Assembly: GCF_037042905.1 (NCBI RefSeq)
Contig: NC_087251.1
Coordinates: 25,050,001-25,114,000 of the forward strand
Direction: 5' to 3'
Length of the DNA stretch: 64,000 bases
Origin: Lytechinus pictus
Taxonomy: Eukaryota
The number at the start of each line of letters is the position of its first letter. The first letter of the stretch is position 1. The notes under the pieces were generated by a model. It did not search any database. It had not been told where the DNA came from and saw nothing but the letters and a program-made list of their open reading frames with translations. This document shows positions 45,778 through 56,900 of this stretch, in pieces. Position numbers and translations under genes: made by a program.

Positions 45778-46301
45778 TTAAAGTTATTTAATTTGGCACT
45801 GAGCTGATCGGAGCACTTGGATCTTACGGTTTAGATTAAATTGCAAAATGCATAGATTTATAGCTTTAATAAGCAAGCTAGCTCACTGAATACTCTAAAT
45901 CGATTTGAAATTTGGATAACTTATAGTTGTTGATATAGCTTTTAAATTACAACCTAAAACATTGCATACGCTGACCCTAATTGTTTGATTTGCATATACT
46001 GGTCACATTTGACTGACTAGTACTGTTCTAGTAAAAAATGATCCGGAATCGAGTGTTATTCAATTATCGACAAAACATTATACTTTATTTCATGTATTGT
46101 TTACCAGACGTCGGGTCAGGTTGTCAAGTTGAACATACAAAGCTTATAAAAAAAAAAAGATATACATGTAATAGGACTATATCAAAATAATGTGTATCAA
46201 TGATTTGCTCCTGTTTTGCATTGGAAACGAACATAATCACCATGTAGAGGGTTACGGGTGGGTGGTGGAGGGTGGGTTAAAGGAGACACGAACCCTCTCC
46301 C

Positions 46302-47474
46302 GGGGACCGTTTCATAAAGATGTTCGTAAGTTAAGAGCGACTATACAGTGCGTATCAAAAAAAAAGTTTACACTTTGAAAAAATCCTGTAAAATTACACA
46401 TTTGTAATATTCTGAAGATTTTTCCACATTTTAACATTGGTGCAGATCCATTTAAGCAAATGACGATATAACTGTCGAAAAATATTTCCGCTTGAGTGAG
46501 CACCACTTACTTTTGAAAAGTTAGTGAAAAATGATTTGCGCATAACTTTGAAATAGTTTAGCAAATAAAAGTAGACCTTAATCATGAAGAACACGTGGAA
46601 TTTAGCTAGTAAAATTGATTTGAAGATATCTTTTACCTTTTAAAACTTGTTTCCTTGTCCAAAACAATTCGAAGAGTGCATTGCGCCCCAGTCCACTCCC
46701 CCACACAACGAGGCCATCGAGACGTTATTTGCTTTACACTGAGCTGTGATTTACATTTAATAGCTTAGGCTTGATTTTCATTTAGTTAATCATTGTCAAG
46801 CTTGGGAAAAGTGTGGGGAAACAAGTATTAAATGAAAAATGAAATGTAAACCCACTTTAAATGATAAAAACTTAGTGAAAAATGCTGGATATGTCTGATA
46901 TAAACTTTTGTTCAGATTCAGTTATGTCCTCAGATCCAGCTGGCACAAAAAGGGTGAAAGATTGTGCTTACTAAATGTTAAAATTTCAATTTGGGTGGCA
47001 AAATAGTTACAAAATGCTTGAAGGTATCCGTTTTATTTCAATTGACTTAAAGTACAAGGGAAATGTACGAGAAATGTTTCGCAGGGTAAGTTTGATTTCG
47101 CCCTTTCCCCTTGACACAGCGTGAAAACGAGCATTTCTGCGCAAACAGATTTCTGCGAGCTTTACAAAAATGGACAGTACTCACTCCATTGTAACATTAT
47201 GTCAAAACCTTTACTTTCATTGGATAGATGAGACCCAAACCCAAGATTATAAGTGGAAAAAAAAACCCACATGTCGCATATTCTTTAATTCCCAGGGCTT
47301 TTTCAAAGTGTAAACTTTTTTTGATACGCACTGTATAAGAACGACTGGATCCTATCTTGTGGTAAATGGTATACACCAAAATGTTCATTGGCGGTGGTTT
47401 AGCGCGTAAGAAAGGATCACCAGTCGTTCGTAAAGCCGCTCTTAACTTACGAGCAACTTTATGAAATACCCACC
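46302..47474. mobile_element. Same MITE family as 20570..21157, here interrupted by a Tc1/mariner-type element 46346..47333
   Basis: Outer GTTTCATAAAG.TGTTCGTAAGTTAAGAGC TIRs; inner TA-CAGTGCGTATCAAAAAAA..GTTTACACTTTGAAAAA ... CACTG-TA. Confidence 0.85.
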
Positions 47475-50439
47475 CGTTGGCACAAAGTCGGATACTAAAG
47501 TATTACCCTGTGGTATGCGGTGTCCCCTCCCGCGCCCCTTTTTCGAAGATTAAGGGTCGAAATATATCACTTTTTTACTTTTTCGCATGGAACCAAATGT
47601 CTAAAATCCTTATATTTCCCCTATTTTCTCCTTTTTTCCTTGGTCGTGAAACTTGTGGGGTCCATGGGGCTCAAGCCCCTCCCATCTGTATGCCAATGCA
47701 TCATGTGATTTGGCAAAATATAAAGCGGTGAGTTTAGATCAAAGGTGATCTCTACATAGTCGAATAATATTTTGCCAGTATTGTTTCTTATTATTTTGTT
47801 CATTACAGTGAACCGATACATATTATACTGTCAGACCACGTATTTGACCTTTGATGACCCCCATAATCTGATTATCAATTCATCTTGTATATAAAAAACC
47901 CGCCATGCTGATTCAAGGATTAATAAAAACATAATGACAAAATTATAATCACGTGACAATGTTCCCCTTTTCACGCTCATCGGTAATTTTTAATGTTTTT
48001 TTTTTTTTAACATGAAAATTATAGGCGTCATTAGAAACCAAAAAACTTTTTTTTTAATTTCGAGGATAAATATAAAATATGTATTTTTTCAACTTCTGTC
48101 CATTTCAGCAAAGCGACCCCTTATGTATAAACATGAATATCGAAAAGGGTCAATCATTTTCAACAAATTTATCATAACATGTGCCCATCACCTCTCAACA
48201 ATTGAACAGACAAAAATAATCACGGACTAAAATAGTAGCTAAATTCTTAGTAATATACGTTATAAAAATAGTTTCAGTACAAAAAAATAAGAATCTACAT
48301 GATACGTTTGACAGAGAACCATATCATAACAATTAAATTTTAAAATGTCTCACATTCGTATATGTTGTAGTATCAATATATAAGCTCAATGCATTTATGA
48401 CATAAACAATTATTACAAAGTAATGCTGTATTTCAAATCATTTGTTTCATATACAACAGGGATCCATTACAGAAAGAATTGAGATCAAACACAACTTCTA
48501 AAATCAATCGCTAGTTGATTTTCAACCAATGTAAATAATGCTCATTCGGTAACCATGGTAAACGTCATTATATAAATCTAACGCAAAGGTCATGATAGTA
48601 GTTTATGTGCATTGACCTGAAAATGTTTGATAATAGTAACAGTTATTATAAAACTATTCCTTCTTTGGGTAATGCATTTAAGCCGACAGGCATATTTTAC
48701 TTTATATTTCAGCCGTTTGTAAGATTGAGCTTAAATCTAAAAATAACTTAATCGTGTTTATGAAAAAGTCTTCATGATGAAAGTTCGAGACCACATTGCT
48801 ATTCCATTTATAATTGTGGTTTTCAATGGTATGGTAATGGTAACCATATTTAAGTGACTTAATTGGTTTGGAAACATCAATCATGTTAATAAAATGAGGA
48901 ACTGAACCACAAAATGACAAAATAGTGCGTTGATTAGCGTAGATGGATATTTCATTTCCAGTTTGTCCGACCCCTTCATCGATATTCATCCCGATGTTGT
49001 CTATATATAGGCCTATATCTCTATCAAATTGTGACGGCTTGATGATAATATAGTTCATGAACTAAGGGGTAAACATTAGTAAAGCAAATTACTCAGCTTT
49101 ATTACTATCAACTTCAAAAAATAAAAAAATACCAGATACAAGTGGATCAGCGATTCAACCATGTAAACGCTTTCCGATAGCTTCTCTTAAAATCATAAAT
49201 TTATCTTTGTGTTTTTATCATTGAAGACATATTTATGAACGAGGACAAAATGGATTCTATATAAATCATTATCGAGTTGTTTGCTTTGAGTATCAAAACA
49301 TGTGAAAGGATTTACATATGTATAAATATATATGATAAAAATAAATATGCTCATATAGATGATAATTCTGTACCCTCGCTACCGTAATACAACTTTTTCG
49401 TAGTTACAGTTTGTACAAAAATCAGATAATAATAAATTTACACAAGCAGATGATTTCATTTTCAGAATCAGCACGTCTCATAAGCGATATCGTCTATGTT
49501 CATAACATTCGGCAAAGACCATGTATAGATTTGCACTTCTACGATAATATCAAATAATGCGAAACGTCTGGATAACTGTATTGTATTTTACACAAGTTTT
49601 GTATTTAATTATTTTTATCTTAAATTTATTCCCCATCCCGAAGAAAGAAAAAAAAGGAAAAATACAAAAGACCTTAAAAGTCAATTCTAACTCATCTACT
49701 CTATTTAGACTATTTATGTATTTCAGAAGTTTTACTTTTATAAGCACTATGTTTCAATAGACTCCTTTTTCAAAAGGAAATGAAGCAAGAAGAAAAGCTA
49801 CTTTAAATATTTACAGACCCTGTATAATCACACATTTTATTTTCAGAATCTTATTTATATAGAATGAATCATTTTCATAGAGCTGAATTAAAATTATTGA
49901 ATCCCGCTATTGGCCCATCTCTTGGTTATAGATTAGGGTATTTTATCCTTATCTTCCGATCGAATATCGCAGCTGTAAAGGGCACAAAAAGTAAGAAAAA
50001 CTGAATAAAAGTGGAGAAAAGAAGAAAAAATAGTATCAGGAACAACCACATGAGCTACTCTAAATTGGAAGGGGCGCAATTGTATCACTTACCCCGGGTG
50101 CCGCTATTCCGAAACGCCACTTTGGGGTAATTTATACGTCCTCAGTTGAGAATGTTTTTGTCGGGGAGCATAGCTTTGTAAAAATGTCTTTTATTCACGT
50201 TTTCGTGCATCTTAAATGAATTTCATTGTTAACGAATCAAGATAATCTCATCCAGAACTGTTTTTAATAGCGTTCAAACTGCACTATCTCTTGATAAGGG
50301 CTATACCGTCTTCATCGTGTTCCTGTTCTTAATTCCGCAAACTCTTGAAAATAAGAGCTCTTTATATTTACTAAAATTTACTAAAATTTATTAAATTTGT
50401 TAATACCAAGACACTGTTATTGTTAGTACTGTTGAAATA

Positions 50440-51078
50440 TCACTTCACACTTCCTTGTTTGCGGCTAATATAGTTCGATATGAGACTAGCTGCGTCTTTT
50501 CGTTCGATGGCTTTTACTGCTTCTTCAATGTAAGCCAATGTATAGCCCATACTTTCACAGCAGTCTAGTAGAGTTATCGTTGGACGGGAGCTGACGATAA
50601 AACGGTGCATGAGATGGTCCAGACCTAGATAGCGTGCTAACATGCTCCAGTCGTTCCCATACTCTGCTAAATCATCAAGAAGCTGACTCAGGTCTTCCTT
50701 CAACCCCTGTGGTATGGAAGTAGATTGTGTGGCTTGGCCACTCCCATCCGTGCTCGTTTCACTCGTCGTTGTCGAGGATGAGGCCTCCCCTTCCGACCCG
50801 CCCTGATATTTCTTCTGAAAGCCGCGGGGTGTGGTCCGGGAGAGTGGGGCGAGGCGTTGTCTGAGGAGGGAGGCGTGGTAGTGTCGAAGGCTCTGTTTCC
50901 TTTGCGCCTCGCGGCGTTCCGACGTATGGCGGGCGGGAAGCGGGTAAAAGTCAAGATGCACGTAGGCATCTTCCCCTGCAATGATGGAACCCCGAGAGCC
51001 GGGAGCTGGTGTTATGAGGTGTTGAGATTGGGCCTGCCACTTGGCAATGTCGAACGGCGTGCAGTATGCACCATGCTC
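50440..51078 (-). CDS. Terminal exon: linker plus UNC5-type death domain
   Basis: IPQGLKEDLSQLLD...GNDWSMLARYLGLD...PTITLLD...ERKDAASLI death-domain pattern; GCAG acceptor; TGA at 50440-50442. Confidence 0.88.
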   Translation of the reverse strand, partial: EHGAYCTPFDIAKWQAQSQHLITPAPGSRGSIIAGEDAYVHLDFYPLPARHTSERREAQRKQSLRHYHASLLRQRLAPLSRTTPRGFQKKYQGGSEGEASSSTTTSETSTDGSGQATQSTSIPQGLKEDLSQLLDDLAEYGNDWSMLARYLGLDHLMHRFIVSSRPTITLLDCCESMGYTLAYIEEAVKAIERKDAASLISNYISRKQGSVK

Positions 51079-53293
51079 CTGCCAACAAACAATGACAAAT
51101 ACTTTGACATGCAAAACAAGATGCACTAAAAAAACAGAGAACATACATTAGAGAAGAAAAACAATAATGTAAACAAACAGCGATCAAAATAATACCAAAC
51201 CCTATCCTTTCGGGGAGGGGTGTCTCATCAGCACCTCCATGATTTCCCTATACTGTATAACACCCATGGACTTACAGGGAGTTGCCAATATGGTCTACCA
51301 AGCCGGGCCCTAACTTTTCTAACACCGTGTAGAAAAAAAACGTAAAAAATACCATACAAAATTATGGTCGTGATTTTTTGCATGGTCAGCCCGCCCCCAA
51401 CCCCCACACACACACGTTTTCAAAACCGTTCCGCAGCACCTGTATCATTCTGTAAGCCCCACTTGGCATATTACACATAAGGACAACTACAAAGTTGATT
51501 AGTTTTGTAAACATTTCATCCACGTACAATCTATTGACCTTTTTTTCTAGGCCTACACCCATGAATGAAAAAAATACGACTTTGCCGATGCATTACTAGG
51601 ATTGTGAACAATAGAGACATCGTTAACACCAGTCAAACTTTAAATTATATAATAAACCCTTCACCACTGATCATGATATTATATTCCTTCATAATAACTA
51701 AAGTGCTTACTAATGCAAAGCATAATGAATTTAAACATTATTCAATTAAATCTAGGTATATACAGTGAAATATAATTATGTTGGTCATCAGTGCGAAAAC
51801 CCATTCGTGAATGAATATCTATTGAATATTTTAATGTAAAATTAATTAATAAAGAAAAAGCAACACAAACCTAGACATTTTGTTTTAAAGGAAAGAACGT
51901 AAACACAAAAGGGAAAGGGAAATAACATAAAATAATCTAAATGAAAAAAAAAAGACTTCAAACCATGTATGAAACGCATAGAACAATAAAAAACAACTGC
52001 ACATTACGAGATAAAAGTTCAAAATATTAGTCCTGGAATGATAAAAATGCTTCCCGAAAATTTCAAGAAGGAAAAAGATACGGGTTATAAAATAACGACA
52101 AAAGGAACGAAAAACAAAGAGAACAGAGTGAATGAGAATACTAATGAAATAAAGAGAATGGGGGAAGATGAAACAGAAAAGGAAATAAATAAAGATATAA
52201 TGGGGAGAGATAAGGAGAAAGAAGAGATCGAGAGAGAGAGAGAGAGGGAGAGGGAGAGAGAGTAGAGATATATACTATGATTAAAGAGAGGTGCAGATGA
52301 TAAAAGAAAAGAAGCAAATTCAACATGACGAGCAATCGATCATTGGGTATGATTGTATCATGGACTACATGATTGTACTAATCACCTGCTTATGTCATCA
52401 TGAAATCATACAAAACTACGAAAGATGAAATTATTTTGATTTATTTTATACCCGGGCAAACCCATTAGTTAACCTGTAGTATGTCACTCGTCTTATTTTC
52501 TGTTCTGCATGCATGGACTGGGCAGTTGTAAAATTGCAATTAACATGCATGTTTTACTAACATTGTAGTGTAGTTGTGGTGGGTTATTTTTTATTGATTC
52601 CGATGAATTAGACGAAGAATTTTATATGTATATTCTTATACAAGTCTTATGCATGACATAGGGAATCTTTGAGAGGAGCGTTGGATCACCTGACTAAGAT
52701 TTATAAAATGAAAAGCTCTTTGATACCATTAAACAATGGCGCTGAGTAGCCTACAAAAGAAAATCATCAGTGCCATATTCAGAAATAAAATAATAAGCCA
52801 TAAGTTTAATATTCCATGTGGATTAATGTGTAAAAAAAATCATTTGGTCTAGTTGTAATTAGGTCTAATTTGAAAAAAAAGTGGCAGCATAGTAGTTGTA
52901 GTTGAAAGAGCAGCAGCAGCAGCACTTTGCTAAAACAACACAAGTTGTAAAATAAAATTATAGTGGTGGTGGTACAAGTAGTAGTATAGTAGCAGTAGTA
53001 AAAGTAGTAGTAGTAGTAGTAGTAGTGGTAGTAGTAGTAGTATTAGTAGTAGAATGGTAGTAGAAGTAGTAGTAGTACACTCCAAAAACAATGAGTAAAA
53101 TTTGCAATATATAGGTAGAAAGGTAACATGCATGTTTTGGGGGCATTTTTTTTACCCCATGGGCCATTTTAACGCAATATTGCGAAAAATCTACACAACA
53201 TTGGGTATCTTTTTACCCAACCAACATGCATGTTCACATTTTACCCAATATTGGGTAAACGGTCTTTTAAGGTGTATAGCAGTAGTAGTAGTA

Positions 53294-53335
<42 letters not shown>

Positions 53336-53367
53336 ATAGTAGTAGTAGTAGTAGTAGTAGTAATAGC

Positions 53368-53404
<37 letters not shown>

Positions 53405-53686
53405 TAGTAGTAGTAGTAGCAGCAGTAGAATGGTAGTACTACACTCTAAAAACATTGAGTAAAATTTGCAATATTGGGTAGAAAGGGAACATGCATGTTT
53501 GTTGGGCATTTCTTTACCCCATGTTGGGCTATTTCAACGTAACATTGCGTAAAATTTACAAAATATATATATATCTTTTTACCCAACCAACATGCATGTT
53601 CCCATTTTAACCAATATTGGGTAAATGTTTTTTAGAGTGTATAGCAGTAGTAGTAGAAGTAGTAGTAGTAGTAGAAGTAGTGGTAA

Positions 53687-53728
<42 letters not shown>

Positions 53729-53739
53729 TGGTAGTAGTG

Positions 53740-53773
<34 letters not shown>

Positions 53774-53790
53774 TGGTAGTGGTAGTAGTG

Positions 53791-53827
<37 letters not shown>

Positions 53828-53856
53828 TGGTAGTGGTAGTAGTAGTAGTGGTAGTG

Positions 53857-53890
<34 letters not shown>

Positions 53891-53960
53891 TAGTGGTAGT
53901 AGTATTAGTAGTAGTAGTAGTAGTAGTAGTAGTAGCAGCAGTAGTAGTAGTAGTAGTAGT

Positions 53961-53999
<39 letters not shown>

Positions 54000-56900
54000 T
54001 AGTAGTGGCGGTGGTGCTGGTGGTGATGGTGTAAAAAGTAGTAATAGCAGAAAAGGGTCATCATCATAATCATCACGTCGTCTTTGTCAACGTCATAGTG
54101 CAAATGCTTACTTGCTGAATAAGTTTTTAGACCAGGTGATATCAAGAATATGTGCTAAAACATTCATTAATAGTGACCGGGTGAAATTATAATTTTGATA
54201 TTATATCAAAGTTATTGATGATTATTTGACCTAATTGCAAAAACCAAATGACAATGACCAATCAACATGATCAATGGATTACATGCGAGACTTTGGGATA
54301 CCTCCTTATGATATTTCCGGGCACAGTGGCCAGTTGTGATATAATTGCGGGCAGTTTTACACATTCAAGCGATTTTGATATAAATTATGGCGTCTAAATT
54401 AACGTACCGTATGCGTTTCCTCCGTGAGTGTTTCTACAAAAACAATGCACTGTGAAAGAATTTGGGCGTGTTAGACGAAAATTTGGTATTGCAAAACTTC
54501 CCCGTTATTACAATCATGGTTAAACAAAAGGTAGACATTTCTGATTTATTAGGGTGCTTTTAAAGTATGATTTTAATATTAGAATGGTATTCGATGTTAC
54601 CAACCTTTTCTATTCGATGATTATCTCGTATAAAAAATGGAAGAAAATAAATGTTTATTTGAATTGAATTGAATTGAAATATCCTATATCATCCTTAAAA
54701 TTTTACCATTATTTTCATTGTGATTTCGGGATAACTTTACAATATCTCTATAATAACGGCTCGCAGCTGAAGAAAAGGGAATATTCATTCAAGAATTATA
54801 ATGGTAATTAAATAATTAAACAAATATGCACTGGGCAAAAAAAACCTGTAAAAGATACAGATGCCCCTTTTCTGGACCAGCATGGACTTACAATAATAAC
54901 CAACATCTTGTCTGGTTCAACGCAAAATAAACATGATATAAAGAGTCCATTATTATATGCGCGTATATAGGCCAACAGTCATGTAGAAATAATTTATATA
55001 AAAGAAATAGACAATGAGCATGGTACACGGTACATGCAGTTGTGTGCATGCTTCAAAGTTTCTGAAAATATGAGACATAACATGCAGATTTGATTCAATG
55101 AATATCGCATTGCAAAAAAAAGGAAATAAATCATATCAACAGTCAATCCTGTTATGTTGATGATGTTAGAAATTAGAAAAGGAAAGACGAGAGAAGATGG
55201 GATAGGATTAAATGCTTACTTTGGCCCATCACTGCGAGACATTCCTAATTCGTTTTGCATGCAACGAATGGGGGATGAAATGTTCATAATGCGATGTTTC
55301 TTAACACGTTGACAACTGAATTCTGAAATTTCCATAAGATTTGCATAAGATTAGCCAGTTCTAGTAGGCAACAGACTGACAATATCTGCACCGTAATGGT
55401 ATATAACTTGAATACTCCAAGCAAACTTGATGCTGCTTTGGCAACTGGTTACTCGAATCAGGACAGTTATTTTCTGACATCAAACCAAGGCTTGGCAACT
55501 CTGACCCCGGCGACTTCATCTCTCATAAGTCACTGTCGCCAGAGGACATGTTTCGAAAACCAATGTAATTGTCATAATTTCAGAAACAACAGATAATCAC
55601 CGATGCAATAATTTTCGGGGCATGCATATAGCGTCGTTGCGCAACCCGATCCGGGGGGGGGGGGAACCCGATACTTACATCAGCTAAGAAACTGAATACT
55701 GCGTTTTCCTGCCAGCTGTCTCCCCCGGTGGAATCTGTCTGTTTGAGAGTGATATTAGCTTTTCCTTGGTGAGCTGTGTTGATAAACTTCACGACCAACA
55801 TGGTGAATGGAGACTGCCAGAGCTTCTTCTGTGGGACCGTCTGTAAGGAATTCGATTTGGAAGTTTGTTTCATCCAAATTCATTCACACATACAGTAAAC
55901 AAAATAGCAAATATCAACTATTTGTGATTATATTTATCATGTATTATATTATATTACAAGCATTTTCCTCTTAAACGGGATCCTGACTTGCCTGACCTAT
56001 AGTTTCTTTCAGTGTACCATTGGATTGTTTCTCGTAACAAATTAGTTTGAAGGTGCTATAGAAGATACATATTATAGCTTAATGATGACTATATCTAAAG
56101 TAAATATGAAGTTACGCCTGTCTATGTCAAATTTAAACTAAAAGACCTTTGGTCGATAATTCACTCACCAGCACATTTAGTTGACCATTATCTAGTTGGA
56201 GACCATCAATGTCATGTAAGGTCAACGACAGATCACTCCCATCTCTCTGGATTGAAAATGATGTACTGACGTCGCTCAAAACGGCGCCGGCATTGAACTC
56301 TTTCTCTTCAATGTTCTGTTCAATTCAGGAAAGAAAATAAGAAAGGATGTCTTTTATGCGACGACGATATTTTCTGTAAGACTTAGAGACTTATGAATGC
56401 TATATATATATATGACACATATATATATCAAAATTCGTGTTTAAAATCGTGTGATATAATATATTACATTCCTGTTACGTTAATATTTCCCAAATATTTT
56501 TGTACGCGAAATTTCGATGGCGTTTTGGCATCTTCTAAATCAAAATTGAAGGATGTTGACAGTTTGGATGAAATTTTGTGAAAATTTACAATAAAAAGTA
56601 GGTTTTTTTAAAATTCCCCCTCCCCACTGTTTACGACTGTGATGCCGAACTCAATGATGACCAAATTAGTCCAGCAAAATTCTCTAAATGTGTGGAGAAT
56701 TCAAAGGAATGATTGTATTTTTTTTTAATTTACCGTCCATACAGAGTCGCTGCTGATATTATTGAAGAGATAGATATGCGCTGTAACGACCTCGGTATGT
56801 GCACTGGCTCGGGTGAAGATAGCCATCTGCATCGCCTTTCCCAGTATTCCCGGACCATCTAAAAGGAATGTATAGCTTCCTAGATGGAGAGTGGTGAGTT

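Noticed and set aside
48702..49058. 118-aa ORF downstream of the death-domain exon
   Set aside because: AT-rich composition, no recognisable motif or splice support; probably 3' UTR or intergenic.
52930..54069. Poly-Val/Ser/Tyr/Thr ORFs (and poly-Met/Ile ORFs at 6537-7275)
   Set aside because: Translations of trinucleotide microsatellites.
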